Shown piece after piece: positions 17,908 to 28,585 of a stretch of DNA of 64,000 nucleotides. The notes under the pieces are model-generated. The model was not told the origin of the DNA. It was given only the letters and a program-made list of their open reading frames with translations, and ran no database searches. The DNA is from an uncultured Aminicenantes bacterium (lineage in GTDB: Bacteria; Acidobacteriota; Aminicenantia; UBA2199): the NCBI GenBank assembly GCA_965195285.1, contig CBDAFS010000012.1:64001-128000 (forward strand), read 5' to 3'. The stretch's first letter is position 1; each line of letters opens with the position of its first letter. Made by a program: the position numbers and the translations under genes.

Positions 17908-20261
17908 TGAAAAACCCGATCCAGGAGCCGTTTCAGAATAAAACTCGCCGCTGATTTGGGATTTCCCTCACTCCGGACCGGGGGGCCGATACAGGAGGGA
18001 CAGCCGCGGCTGCAATTACAGTTTTCGATACTCTGTAAAACCAGATCCAGAAGTTCCTCTATTTTTTCATACAGGACCTCTGAAAACCCAATGCCATTGG
18101 GATAATTGTCATAAATATAAATATTGGGCTCGAATTGATAGATTGTTTTTTCAGCTTTTTGAAGGATCATTTTTTTGGCGGTATTGAGGTTGATTTTCGA
18201 TTTACTGATGTTGTCTTCAACGGACACACCGACATCCCGGGGAGCACACATCAGGATAACCGTACTGCTGTGCCTAAGCAGATGGGCAATCCCATAAACC
18301 GCTTCCACTTTTTCTTCCGGTGAAATATCAACAGACCGAATTAATTCTTCCTTGATGGTGATCCAGAAAGCAGTGGTATGCATTTCCTGCTGGGGAAGTT
18401 GAAGATCGCCGGCACCGACGTTTTCATTGGTGAAATATTTTAATTTCTTGAATCCCACCACTTGAGAAAACACATGAACATCACCGTAGGAAAAATGATA
18501 GTTGGCCTGGCGGGTATCATCAAATAAATCCAGAATGGAAATTTTAGTATGGGTAATGGCATCGGTATAATAGTCCGAGTCGGACTGGCGGACATAGGCT
18601 TTCCGGTTTTCGTAGTCAAATTCCTCCACAACATACTGTTCCCCTTCCAGGATATAGATGGCTTTGGCATGAAGGGTTTCCAGTGCGGAGGAAAAATCCA
18701 CTTCGGCAATGACCTTATGTTCACCGGTGCGGTCCACCACTACAAAGTTGTCCGAGGTGATGCGGTTGATGCTCACCGCATCCGCCGGGTACCCCTCTTC
18801 GGTCCAGAACCATTTGTCCTGTTTTTTAAATAGCACTTTGTTTTCAGCCAGGTAATTCAGGATTTCTTCCAGGTTTTCCCGGCCGAAATATTCGGTTTCA
18901 ACAAAGGGAAGTTCAAAAGAGGCGCATTTGATATGTTCGATCAGAATGGTCAGATTATCCGGATTAATCCGGCCTATTTCCGGGGACCTGCCGGTAAAAT
19001 ATTCGGGGTGATTGACGATGAACTGGTTGACCGGGGAGGATGAGGAAATCAGGATGCCAATGGATTTTGAAGAGCGCCTGCCGGCTCTTCCCATGCGCTG
19101 CCAGGTTGAGGATATGGTGCCCGGATAGGCAGCCAGTATAGCCACATCCAGGGAACCGATATCGATTCCCAGTTCCAGGGCATTGGTGGATACCACGGCC
19201 CGGATCTTACCTTCCCGCAGTCCTTTTTCTATTTCTCGTCGTTTATGGGGGAGATAACCGCCCCGGTATCCCCGGATTTTGCCCCGGTCGGTCAGTCCCT
19301 TTTCAAAATCGCTCTTCAGGTACTTGACCAGGATTTCGGTGATAAGGCGGGTATTGGCAAAAGTGATGACCTGAAGATCATTCTTCAAAATTATGCCGGC
19401 AATTAACCGGGTAATTGACACATAGGATTTACGGATACCCAGCTGTTTGTTGACTACCGGGGGGTTGAAGAAGACGATGTATTTTTCACCATGGGGGGAA
19501 CCGCTCTGATCAATCAGAACCACTTCCTGCTCGATCAATCCCTGAGCCAGTTCTCTGGGATTGGCAATGGTGGCCGAGGACATGATGAATACAGGATCGG
19601 AACCGTAGAACCGACATATCCGCCTCAGGCGGCGCATGATATTGCTCATATGGGAACCGAAAACCCCGGTATATGAATGGAGTTCATCGATGATGACATA
19701 TTCAAGGTTTTCGAACAGATTGATCCATTTGGTGTGGTGGGGCAGGATACCGGAATGCAGCATATATGGATTGGTGAGGACGATCTGGGCATTTTTGCGG
19801 ATTGATTTTCGCATGCTTTGGGGGGTATCACCATCATAAGTGTAAAGTGCCAGTCGGTCTCCGAGTAGCCGGTTTAACTCAAATAACTCCGATAATTGGT
19901 CCTGGGACAGGGCCTTGGTGGGAAATAAATATAGTGATTTAGAGCTGGGTTTGTTATTCAGGGCATTCAGGGTAACGGCATTGTATATCAGGGTTTTTCC
20001 AGAGGCCGTGGGAGTAGCGACCACCACATGCTTTCGGTTCAGAATTTCATTGATGGCCTGGGTCTGATGGGAGAATAATTGTTTGATTCCTTTCTTTTTA
20101 TAGACTTCCACTACCTCGGGATTCAGATTTTCCGGAAAATCGAAAAACTCACCCGGAAAGGCATCAATCTTGAAAATGCTGGCCTGGCTCAAGAGGTCAT
20201 TCTTCAGCTTCAGGATATCCTTCAAGGCCCGTTCGATTTTAATATTTTTATCCTCATCCAT
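17904..20261 (-). CDS. DEAH-box helicase with DUF1998 (YprA/MrfA/Hrq1 type)
   Basis: TPTASGKT, PTKALSQDQ, DELH, SATIAN, ALELGIDIG, QRMGRAGR and C-terminal CNCSRGCPSC. Start placed at MDEDK. Confidence 0.9.
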   Translation of the reverse strand: MDEDKNIKIERALKDILKLKNDLLSQASIFKIDAFPGEFFDFPENLNPEVVEVYKKKGIKQLFSHQTQAINEILNRKHVVVATPTASGKTLIYNAVTLNALNNKPSSKSLYLFPTKALSQDQLSELFELNRLLGDRLALYTYDGDTPQSMRKSIRKNAQIVLTNPYMLHSGILPHHTKWINLFENLEYVIIDELHSYTGVFGSHMSNIMRRLRRICRFYGSDPVFIMSSATIANPRELAQGLIEQEVVLIDQSGSPHGEKYIVFFNPPVVNKQLGIRKSYVSITRLIAGIILKNDLQVITFANTRLITEILVKYLKSDFEKGLTDRGKIRGYRGGYLPHKRREIEKGLREGKIRAVVSTNALELGIDIGSLDVAILAAYPGTISSTWQRMGRAGRRSSKSIGILISSSSPVNQFIVNHPEYFTGRSPEIGRINPDNLTILIEHIKCASFELPFVETEYFGRENLEEILNYLAENKVLFKKQDKWFWTEEGYPADAVSINRITSDNFVVVDRTGEHKVIAEVDFSSALETLHAKAIYILEGEQYVVEEFDYENRKAYVRQSDSDYYTDAITHTKISILDLFDDTRQANYHFSYGDVHVFSQVVGFKKLKYFTNENVGAGDLQLPQQEMHTTAFWITIKEELIRSVDISPEEKVEAVYGIAHLLRHSSTVILMCAPRDVGVSVEDNISKSKINLNTAKKMILQKAEKTIYQFEPNIYIYDNYPNGIGFSEVLYEKIEELLDLVLQSIENCNCSRGCPSCIGPPVRSEGNPKSAASFILKRLLDRVFH

Positions 20262-20365
20262 GCTGCTAAGATAGCATAAAAAAAACCAATAGTAAAATAC
20301 TGGCTTTAAAAAAACATGTGATGATATCTCGCTCATATATATATGACAAAGATGTTGTAATATAA

Positions 20366-20394
20366 TTGACATTTTCAACAATCTATATTACTAT
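20366..20394 (+). promoter_or_regulatory. Sigma70-type promoter of clpB
   Basis: TTGACA-17 bp-TACTAT upstream of AAGGAG. Confidence 0.6.
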
Positions 20395-20412
20395 TTATAT
20401 GGATAAGGAGAA

Positions 20413-22983
20413 ATGATTATGAATCACCAAGCGTTCACACTGAAGTCGAACAGCGTCATTGAGGCCAGTGTCAGCCTGGCCCGTGAATATGGCCAGCAGG
20501 AAGTCCATCCCCTCCACCTGGCCCGTGCGATATTATCGGATTCTGAAAATATGGTTCCGGAAGTGATCAAAAAAATAGGCATAGATGTTTCGCAGATTGG
20601 CAACCGGCTGGAAGAAGAGATAATTAAAATCCCGGTAGTACAGGGTGCAGATCAGTATGTCGGTAAAAGTTTCAAGGATGTACTTCAGCATTCCGAGAAA
20701 ATTTCCAAACAATTTAAGGATGATTATATATCAACCGAGCACCTTTTCATTGCCATCCTGGAAAAAAAGGGAGAGGCTGCGGATGTATTAAAATCCGAAG
20801 GTATCACCGTTGAAAAATTTTATGAGGCTCTGATGCAGATCCGGGGAACCCAGAAAATCACCGATCAGAATCCCGAGGAAAAAATGCAGGCCCTGAAAAA
20901 GTATTCCCGCGACCTGGTTCAACTGGCCCGGGAGGGCAAATTGGACCCTGTGATCGGCAGGGACGAGGAAATACGCCGGGTCATGCAGGTGCTGGTAAGA
21001 AGGAAAAAAAACAACCCGGTATTAATCGGGGAAGCGGGTGTGGGAAAAACCGCTATAGTGGAGGGGATCGCCCTGCGTATCGTTCAAAAAGATGTCCCGG
21101 AAGTACTGAAAGACAAGCGAATTGTGTCCCTGGAAATCGGAAGTCTGCTGGCAGGGGCAAAGTATAGGGGAGAGTTTGAGGATCGGTTAAAAGCGGTTAT
21201 CAAGGAGGTCACGGAATCGGATGGTGAAATCATTCTTTTCATCGATGAACTTCATACTATTGTGGGTGCCGGAGCCGCCGAAGGGGCGGTGGATGCCTCC
21301 AATATGCTCAAGCCATCCCTGGCCAGGGGAGAATTGAGGGCCATCGGTGCTACGACTTTGAATGAATACAAAAAATACATTGAAAAGGATCCGGCCCTTG
21401 AGAGGCGGTTCCAACCGGTTTTTGTAAAGGAACCCTCGGTTGAGGAAACCATTTCCATTTTAAGAGGGTTGAAAGAGAAGTATGAAATACACCACGGTAT
21501 CAAGGTGACTGATGCGGCCCTGATCTCGGCAGCCACCCTGTCCAACCGCTATATCAGTGACCGTTTTCTGCCCGATAAAGCCATTGACCTGGTGGATGAA
21601 GCCTCTTCCAGGCTTCGAATCGAGATGGATTCCCTGCCCGAAGAACTGGATGAACTGGAACGAAAGATCATGCAACTGGAAATTGAGAAACAGGCCCTGA
21701 AAAAAGAAAACAGTTCCGATGCCAAAGAAAAGTTAAAAATTCTGGTCAATGATCTGGAGGATCTGAAAGTAAAGAGCAGCCATATTAGGGAACACTGGAA
21801 ACAGGAGAAGACATTGATCGGTCGCCTGCAGGATTTGAAGGCGGAGATTGACGAACTGAAGAATCAGCAGCAGGATGCCGAGCGTAGGAACGACTATGAG
21901 CGTGCCTCCCAGATCCAATACGGGGATATTCCGGAGAGAAACAGCCAGATCGATACCGTTCAAAAAGAGCTGAAGAAATTGCAGAAAGAAAAAAAAATAT
22001 TGACCGAGGAGATTACCGAAGATGATATTGCCGAAGTGGTTTCCAAGTGGACCGGTATCCCGGTCAGCAAGATGTTGAAGGGGGAAAAGGATAAATTATT
22101 GCGAATGGAAGAGGTATTGAAAAACCGGGTGGTGGGACAGGATGAAGCTGTTGAGGCGGTATCGAGGGTAATCCGGCGTAGCAAGGCCGGGCTGAATGAC
22201 CCGGGCCGTCCAATTGGCAGTTTTTTGTTTCTGGGGCCCACCGGGGTAGGCAAGACCGAACTGGCCAAAACCCTGAGTGAATTCATCTTTAACAGTGAAA
22301 AGGCCATGATCAGACTGGATATGTCCGAATATATGGAAAAACATTCGGTGGCCAAGCTCATCGGCGCCCCGCCGGGTTATGTGGGATATGAGGAAGGGGG
22401 GCAGCTAACCGAGGCAGTCAAGCGCAGGCCTTATGCCTTGATTCTGCTGGATGAGATCGAAAAAGCTCACCCCGATGTGTTTAATATTCTGCTCCAGATC
22501 CTGGAGGACGGACGACTGACCGATAGTAAGGGAAAAACCATTAATTTCGCCAATGCCATTGTGATCATGACTTCCAACCTGGGTTCTGAAATTATTCAGA
22601 ACAAAACCGACTATGAAGCCATTAAAAAAGAGTTGGATGAACTGCTGTTTAAATATTTCAAGCCGGAATTTCTCAACCGCATCGATGATATCATCACTTT
22701 CAGGCCACTGTCTCCGGAAATCATCAAAATAATTGCCCGGATCCAGATCGGATACCTGGCGCGGCAGCTCCAGAATTTAAACATAAAAATAGAGGTGACC
22801 GATGCCGCCCTGGACATGATTGCCCGGAAGGGATTCAATTCTTCCCTGGGAGCCCGGCCCTTAAGGCGGGTCATTCAGCGGGAAATCCAGGATAAGCTCT
22901 CAATCCTGATACTGGAAGGCAAATTGAAATCCGGTTCCTCAATCAAAGTTGATTATCAAAAGGACCAATTTACCTTTGAATAA
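20413..22983 (+). CDS. clpB: ATP-dependent disaggregase ClpB
   Basis: Two AAA+ modules ([16 protein letters not shown]), KYRGEFE and GYVG pore loops, long middle coiled-coil. Confidence 0.96.
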   Translation: MIMNHQAFTLKSNSVIEASVSLAREYGQQEVHPLHLARAILSDSENMVPEVIKKIGIDVSQIGNRLEEEIIKIPVVQGADQYVGKSFKDVLQHSEKISKQFKDDYISTEHLFIAILEKKGEAADVLKSEGITVEKFYEALMQIRGTQKITDQNPEEKMQALKKYSRDLVQLAREGKLDPVIGRDEEIRRVMQVLVRRKKNNPVLIGEAGVGKTAIVEGIALRIVQKDVPEVLKDKRIVSLEIGSLLAGAKYRGEFEDRLKAVIKEVTESDGEIILFIDELHTIVGAGAAEGAVDASNMLKPSLARGELRAIGATTLNEYKKYIEKDPALERRFQPVFVKEPSVEETISILRGLKEKYEIHHGIKVTDAALISAATLSNRYISDRFLPDKAIDLVDEASSRLRIEMDSLPEELDELERKIMQLEIEKQALKKENSSDAKEKLKILVNDLEDLKVKSSHIREHWKQEKTLIGRLQDLKAEIDELKNQQQDAERRNDYERASQIQYGDIPERNSQIDTVQKELKKLQKEKKILTEEITEDDIAEVVSKWTGIPVSKMLKGEKDKLLRMEEVLKNRVVGQDEAVEAVSRVIRRSKAGLNDPGRPIGSFLFLGPTGVGKTELAKTLSEFIFNSEKAMIRLDMSEYMEKHSVAKLIGAPPGYVGYEEGGQLTEAVKRRPYALILLDEIEKAHPDVFNILLQILEDGRLTDSKGKTINFANAIVIMTSNLGSEIIQNKTDYEAIKKELDELLFKYFKPEFLNRIDDIITFRPLSPEIIKIIARIQIGYLARQLQNLNIKIEVTDAALDMIARKGFNSSLGARPLRRVIQREIQDKLSILILEGKLKSGSSIKVDYQKDQFTFE

Positions 22984-22999
22984 AAAGGGAGTGAAGCTC

Positions 23000-23281
23000 C
23001 TATTTTTCCTGGGATTTTAATAGAAGTTCGCCGGCTGATATTTTTTTAAACAGGTTAAAATCGATTCTTAGTTCATGTAATTCAGGAGTGCAGACTTCTT
23101 TTTGATACAAAAGGTAAAGTTCCAATTCTTCCGGAATTAACAGCCCCATCATGATCAGAATTTCACCGATTTTTTTCTTGTATACCTGTTGTTTTTCAAT
23201 GGCCTCGTCCAGGTGGTGTTCACTGATTTTTTGGACGCTTAACAGGATTTCTCCCAGTCTTTGGTGAGTCTTATTTTCCAT
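23000..23281 (-). CDS. Small stand-alone MshEN-domain protein
   Basis: RLGEILLSVQKIS...LDEAIEKQ and KIGEILIMMGLL motifs; clear paralog of the 17197 ORF. Confidence 0.7.
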   Translation of the reverse strand: MENKTHQRLGEILLSVQKISEHHLDEAIEKQQVYKKKIGEILIMMGLLIPEELELYLLYQKEVCTPELHELRIDFNLFKKISAGELLLKSQEK

Positions 23282-23603
23282 AGGCAATTCCAACCAGGCC
23301 TCCCAGAACCAGGGGGATCATGAAGCATAAAGACAGACAGAGACTTCCCTTTCGGGCAATGGCACCCAGAACCGGAAGGGCGGTCATGCTGGTGCTCAGA
23401 AAAAATATGGTTATCCCAAGGGTGACCGTGGATATGATGATGGCTATGAAGGCGGTTTGATGGTTGTTGGCTTTCCTGCTGCCTGAAAACCCGGCCACAA
23501 AAGAACCCACAACCGGCAGCCAGAACAATACAAAAGCAAGGATCCACATCACCAGAACCGTGGGTAATAGATTTGTTTGAGATAATTTAGAAAGCGATGA
23601 CAT
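23271..23603 (-). CDS. Small hydrophobic membrane protein (about 3-4 TM)
   Basis: Hydrophobic segments with LPVVGSFVAGFSG; overlaps the start of the downstream MshEN gene. Confidence 0.7.
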   Translation of the reverse strand: MSSLSKLSQTNLLPTVLVMWILAFVLFWLPVVGSFVAGFSGSRKANNHQTAFIAIIISTVTLGITIFFLSTSMTALPVLGAIARKGSLCLSLCFMIPLVLGGLVGIAYGK

Positions 23604-23733
23604 GCTCAGCTATACCTTTTATCCGATATAAGCCTTTTCCATCCCTCCCCAGCTGCTCAATATATACAACTGCCTTCCTTTCCATTCCACCTAAAAAAAC
23701 TGGGTCTTTTATAGACTATTGTTATTATATCCT

Positions 23734-23749
23734 AGCAATATTCCTGCCA
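23734..23749 (-). promoter_or_regulatory. Sigma54 (-24/-12) promoter
   Basis: Minus strand reads TGGCAGGAATATTGCT (GG-N10-GC); divergent from a sigma54 activator gene. Confidence 0.7.
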
Positions 23750-23915
23750 AATTCATAAAAAGTAGATTGTATTTTATTTTATGCCGGAAAATCCGGAATG
23801 TTTCCAAAACGTTGATAACAGGCTGTTCTGAGTCTAAGATTGCGATCCGATTCAAACCTCGTAATCCGGACCATGACCGGGATGTGTCAGCGGAGCTATT
23901 TGGTTGAACGAAGAT

Positions 23916-23956
23916 TATAAACTGTCTATAAACTGTATTTACTGAGTTTATAAACA
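23916..23956. promoter_or_regulatory. Putative enhancer (UAS) or operator
   Basis: Inverted repeat TGTCTATAAACT-10 bp-AGTTTATAAACA (11/12) plus direct repeat TATAAACTGT at 23916 and 23927. Confidence 0.55.
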
Positions 23957-23990
23957 AATGGTTGAAAAAAATGATTTCCTGATATAAAAT

Positions 23991-25817
23991 ATGGTTATGA
24001 AATATTTACTATACTACGTGGATGGGTTCATTAAAAAATTCCCACTTCGAAAAGCCTCATTAACCATCGGAAGGGGAGAAGAGAATGATCTCTGGATGGA
24101 TGATGATTTCTTGTCCAGAAAGCATTTGAAGGTCCAGGTTAAAGAAAATCATATCATCATCAATGATTTACATTCGACCAATGGGACCTATGTCAATCAT
24201 GCCAAAATAAACCAGGCTGAGATTCAACTGGATGATTCTTTCAGGCTGGGCAGCTTGGAGTTCTATTTGAAAGAAGGATCGGATAAGGAATTTAAGACCG
24301 TAGCAGAATTGATTCCGATTTTCAGTAAAATCAAAAAAGATCATGAAAAGAATTTCAACGGGGAAAAAACCCGTTATATCCAGGACATTTTCCATGAAAC
24401 CTTGAAGCAGTTTTTACACAGCGGCTTGAAGAAAAACGATCTGAATGAATTATTGCAGGAACTGTCCTCCTATTTGATCAACCTGAATGTCCCCGGGAGT
24501 TTTTATCTGATCTCCCGGGAGGGAAAGGATTTCAATATACAGATGGCGGTAGATGATAAATCCGAGACACTGGACTGTTTAAAAAGGATAATCAAGAAAA
24601 ATGTGAAGTTTCTGGTTAAAAATTTGAGCGGTATCCCGCTACCCAAGAAAATGGGATATTTTAATGCCTATCCGGTGAATGTGGCTACAGAACAAACCGT
24701 GTTGATTTATCTGTCCCCGGGAGAGCATTCGAATCAAAGTAAAAAACTTGAAAAATTTATGATCATTTTGGCCAAAGAACTCTCTCTCCTGATGCAATTG
24801 TTGATGGAAAAAAAAGAGTTGTTCCGGGAGCCTTCGAACACCTTTGAGGAGAAAAAACCCGATTTTAAATATTCGATAGGAATTGTGACCGGAAGTCCCG
24901 TCATGAAAGATCTAATCAAGCAGACTCGAAAAATTGCCAACAGTGATCTCTTCATTTTGATCCAGGGAGAAAGTGGCACTGGCAAAGAGCTATTTGCCAA
25001 GTTGATCCATTATTGTTCGAAAAGAAGACAGCAAAAATTTGTGGCCATCAACTGTGCGGCTATCCCCGATAATTTATTGGAGTCGGAATTGTTTGGATAT
25101 GAAAAAGGTGCTTTTACCGGCGCTTTCAAGAATAAACCGGGAAAACTGGAACTGTCTTCCGGAGGGACACTGGTCCTGGATGAAATCGGGAATATGCCTC
25201 TGTCCCTGCAGGCAAAGCTATTGAGAGCCCTGCAGGAATATGAGTTTTACCGGCTGGGAAGTTCGACTCCCATTAAGGTGGATCTGCGGATTATCTCATT
25301 GACCAATTTAGATATAAACCAGATTTTGGGTGAGCATAAAATTCGGGAAGATCTGTATTACCGCCTGGCCCATCATGTGATTTCCATACCGCCCCTGAGG
25401 GAAAGAAAAGAGGACATCTCCTCCTTGATCACCCATTTTACCCAGGTATACAGTAAAAAAGCCAATAAGGAAATTAAAAGTTTTTCACTGCCCGCCTTTG
25501 AGATGTTGAAAAAATATGACTGGCCCGGAAATGTCAGGCAACTTGAAAATGAAATCAACCGGCTGGTGAACCTGTGTGATGACGGGGATGTGATCCGCGA
25601 TGATATGATCTCCGTCACGATAAGAACCCGGACCGGTAAAGCCCAGGCCAATGGGTTTTCTTTTTCAGGCCATGAGACAAAAAACGAAAAACAGTGGATT
25701 TTAAAGTTACTGGAAAAAAACAAATGGAATAAATCAGAAACCGCCCGGGAAATGAATATGACCTACCAGGGACTGCATAAGAAGATGAAGCGGCTGGGGA
25801 TCAAAAAGAAGAAATAA
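23991..25817 (+). CDS. FHA-domain sigma54-dependent Fis-family transcriptional activator
   Basis: FHA motifs IGR, SRKH and STNGT; GESGTGKE, GAFTGA, LDEIG and WPGNVRQL; C-terminal HTH. Confidence 0.92.
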   Translation: MVMKYLLYYVDGFIKKFPLRKASLTIGRGEENDLWMDDDFLSRKHLKVQVKENHIIINDLHSTNGTYVNHAKINQAEIQLDDSFRLGSLEFYLKEGSDKEFKTVAELIPIFSKIKKDHEKNFNGEKTRYIQDIFHETLKQFLHSGLKKNDLNELLQELSSYLINLNVPGSFYLISREGKDFNIQMAVDDKSETLDCLKRIIKKNVKFLVKNLSGIPLPKKMGYFNAYPVNVATEQTVLIYLSPGEHSNQSKKLEKFMIILAKELSLLMQLLMEKKELFREPSNTFEEKKPDFKYSIGIVTGSPVMKDLIKQTRKIANSDLFILIQGESGTGKELFAKLIHYCSKRRQQKFVAINCAAIPDNLLESELFGYEKGAFTGAFKNKPGKLELSSGGTLVLDEIGNMPLSLQAKLLRALQEYEFYRLGSSTPIKVDLRIISLTNLDINQILGEHKIREDLYYRLAHHVISIPPLRERKEDISSLITHFTQVYSKKANKEIKSFSLPAFEMLKKYDWPGNVRQLENEINRLVNLCDDGDVIRDDMISVTIRTRTGKAQANGFSFSGHETKNEKQWILKLLEKNKWNKSETAREMNMTYQGLHKKMKRLGIKKKK

Positions 25818-25826
25818 GCGGCCGGG

Positions 25827-26615
25827 ATGAAATTGAAGAAACCAGGAATTTTACTGTTTTCGTTGATGGCTTGGTTTTTCCTCAATGCTTGCTCCCGGAC
25901 CCAGCAGATCATGGTGAATCCTTTGGATTCCCCGGGGGACCTGAAAGCCGGAAAGATTCAGGACCAAGGACATTCAGATGAACCAATGGTCATTTACGAA
26001 GAAGTAGAAGAGGGAGGGATTAAAAAATCAGTTGATTTCGGGCCTTTTCTGGAGGACCAGGAAGTCCAAACCGGGGTGGCTTCGTGGTACGGAGGCAAAT
26101 TTCACGGCCGCCGTACCGCCAATGGCGAGATTTACAACAAGCACCGCCTGACCGCTGCCCACCGTACCCTGCCTTTCAATTCCATTGTGGAAGTGGTCAA
26201 TCTGGATAACCGAAAAAAGATCATTGTGCGTATCAATGACCGGGGACCCTTCATTAAAAATCGCATCATTGATCTTTCCTTGAAGGCAGCCAGAATGCTT
26301 GACATGACTGAAAGGGGCACGGTACCGGTCCGCATCCGGGTGATTCAGGCCGCTTCTGTCTCCGGTTCTGCCATGTCTCCTGATCCCGGAAAGGGCTATT
26401 GTCTGCAGGCCGGGGCTTTTGCCAGCGAGGCCAATGCCCGGAGTTTGTTAAAACGATTAAATGCGGATCAGAATCAGCTCAAATTTAATATGGTTTTTCA
26501 AAACGATTTTTATAAAATTATTTCCGAAATGATCTCCACCCGACAGTCAGCCGAGAAGTGGCTGCGCATTCTGGCCCGGAATGGGTTTGACGTATTTATA
26601 AAAGAGTATTATTAG
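25827..26615 (+). CDS. rlpA: Septal lytic transglycosylase RlpA lipoprotein with SPOR domain
   Basis: Lipobox LNAC; ASWYG, TAAHRTLP, RINDRGP and RIIDLS; SPOR motif LQAGAF. Confidence 0.93.
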   Translation: MKLKKPGILLFSLMAWFFLNACSRTQQIMVNPLDSPGDLKAGKIQDQGHSDEPMVIYEEVEEGGIKKSVDFGPFLEDQEVQTGVASWYGGKFHGRRTANGEIYNKHRLTAAHRTLPFNSIVEVVNLDNRKKIIVRINDRGPFIKNRIIDLSLKAARMLDMTERGTVPVRIRVIQAASVSGSAMSPDPGKGYCLQAGAFASEANARSLLKRLNADQNQLKFNMVFQNDFYKIISEMISTRQSAEKWLRILARNGFDVFIKEYY

Positions 26616-26643
26616 CAGTCAGGGAAAGGTCGTCCGATGGAGG

Positions 26644-28374
26644 TTACAGTAAAGACAACAAGGTCAGGAATATGAAAGTTCCCAGGATGGCCAGGACCAG
26701 GAATTGAATGGCCGGACGGTAGCGATCCGGTGTGTACGTTTTATCGACAGATTTTTCAACCAGGATATAGGGGTTTTTGCCGAAAGCCACCAGCTTATCC
26801 ACCAGACCAAAGGCCTGTTTCTCCACCCAGTCAAAGATATTGGATATAGAATCAACAAACAGCTTGCGGGCCAGTTTGGACGGCCGCCGGTAGAACCAGT
26901 CGGTGTCCAGGGAGATGGTAGCATGGGGTTCCAGTTTTTTGCGCAGAATCCAGAAGCCAATAAAGGTGAAAATTAAAATCTGTATCGCTTCCACCAGATG
27001 GTGGCTGGTGAAAGGATTCCAGTTGTGAAGATGGTAGGTGGGCAGGTATTGATATAGAAGTGAAGGGGCAATTCCGTGCAAAATACAGAAAAAAGCCACG
27101 ATAGCCATACCGATATGCATATTGGCTGGCGGCTTCTGGACCTTCACGTTTTTATCCTTTTTAGTGGAGAACCAGGTAAAATAGGGAAGCTTGATGCCTA
27201 CGCTGAGAAAAGTTCCCACCGCAGCCAGGTTCAGGAACAAATAGGCCAGGCTGTAATGGGCTTCCAGTGCACCGGCCACCACCATGGACTTGCTGATGAA
27301 TCCGTTAAACAATGGAAATCCGGAGATGGAAAAGGCAGCGATCATGTAAAGCCAGAAAGTCCTGGGCATGGCCCGGTACAATCCCCCCAATTCGGTCAGT
27401 TTGCTCTTGCCGGTGGTGTGCAAGACCATACCGGCCCCCATGAACAGCAGGGCCTTGTACAGGATATGGCTGAAAGCATGGGCAGCCGATCCATCCATGG
27501 ACATGAAACTTCCGATGCCCACTCCGGCGACCATATAGCCTACCTGGCTGATGATATGATAGGCCAGGATTCCCCGGATATCATTGGATAAAATAGCGAA
27601 AATAACCCCGTAAACCGTCATGATGGTTCCGAAGATCAATAAGATTTCCCAGCCCGGGAATAAACGAAGCAGCACGTAAACGGCGGACTTGGTAGTGAAA
27701 GCACTCAGAAAGACAGCGCCGGTGACCGTGGCTTTGGGATAGGCATCCGAAAGCCAGGCATGGAGCGGAGGCACAGCAGCATTGATGACCACACCCAGCA
27801 GGATAAGCCAGGATGAAAATGATCCCGGTGACAATTTTCCGGATATCAATATATTTCCAGGCAGGATTGAAATATGCATGATGATACCGGCGAACAGTAA
27901 TCCGCCTCCCAGAACATGGTATAGCAGGTAGCGCATGCCGGCTTTCCGGGATTCAGGGGTGCGCCTGGCCCATATCAGGTAGGTGGAGGCCACGGCCATG
28001 ATTTCCCAGTACATGAAGAGGGTAAAGAAATCACCGGCAAAGGTCACCCCGATGGCACTCCCGGCATACAGGAGTGCGGCTACTTGCTGTCCGGTTTCCC
28101 TGATATGAAAGGAATAAATACTCCCGGCAAAGGCAATGAAAGCAAAAATGATTCCGAATATCCGGCTCAAGGTATCAATTTTGAAGATGATGAGCGGGTA
28201 ATTCATGATCTGAAGGGTAGTCTGGGATCCGTCCGGCAGGACCATTATCTGGGCCAGGGTGGCCAGGGTAAATACCAGCATGGCCACCGGACGGATTTTC
28301 CGGGTTAAAAAGGGAAGCAGGCAGGCGCCGGCAATCATGATAAAGGCAGGGGGAATTACCCATTCAGTCAGCAT
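26644..28374 (-). CDS. Mrp Na+/H+ antiporter large subunit (MrpA/D-like)
   Basis: YWEIMA, LHAWLSDAYP, SQVGYM and HILYKALLF motifs. Confidence 0.88.
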   Translation of the reverse strand: MLTEWVIPPAFIMIAGACLLPFLTRKIRPVAMLVFTLATLAQIMVLPDGSQTTLQIMNYPLIIFKIDTLSRIFGIIFAFIAFAGSIYSFHIRETGQQVAALLYAGSAIGVTFAGDFFTLFMYWEIMAVASTYLIWARRTPESRKAGMRYLLYHVLGGGLLFAGIIMHISILPGNILISGKLSPGSFSSWLILLGVVINAAVPPLHAWLSDAYPKATVTGAVFLSAFTTKSAVYVLLRLFPGWEILLIFGTIMTVYGVIFAILSNDIRGILAYHIISQVGYMVAGVGIGSFMSMDGSAAHAFSHILYKALLFMGAGMVLHTTGKSKLTELGGLYRAMPRTFWLYMIAAFSISGFPLFNGFISKSMVVAGALEAHYSLAYLFLNLAAVGTFLSVGIKLPYFTWFSTKKDKNVKVQKPPANMHIGMAIVAFFCILHGIAPSLLYQYLPTYHLHNWNPFTSHHLVEAIQILIFTFIGFWILRKKLEPHATISLDTDWFYRRPSKLARKLFVDSISNIFDWVEKQAFGLVDKLVAFGKNPYILVEKSVDKTYTPDRYRPAIQFLVLAILGTFIFLTLLSLL

Positions 28375-28585
28375 CGTAATAGTCCTCTTTTTGATTCAAA
28401 AATAACTTTCCCAGGGTTTTCGCCACCACAATCAGGGCCAGGCAGCCAGCAAATCCAAACAGAATCCAGAAAGCCGGAATTTGATTCCACCAGTGATGAT
28501 GACCGGAATCATGATGTGTGCTGAATTCAACCACCAGGGAAGACAGGGTCAGCAACGACAGCCCGATCCAGTACCATTTTTTCAT
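28364..28585 (-). CDS. Small 2-TM protein of the Mrp operon
   Basis: Coupled to both neighbours; IPAFWILFGF and EDYY motifs. Confidence 0.75.
   Translation of the reverse strand: MKKWYWIGLSLLTLSSLVVEFSTHHDSGHHHWWNQIPAFWILFGFAGCLALIVVAKTLGKLFLNQKEDYYDAD

Noticed and set aside
17904-20261. DISARM/Druantia-type defence helicase
   Set aside because: No methylase or other defence genes are adjacent; size and motifs fit a housekeeping YprA/MrfA-type repair helicase.
20280-20412. CIRCE, HAIR or CtsR heat-shock operator upstream of clpB
   Set aside because: No match to these consensus sequences was found by eye.
22984-23008. Terminator hairpin after clpB
   Set aside because: The stem is only about 5 bp with a G-U pair and overlaps the convergent stop codon.
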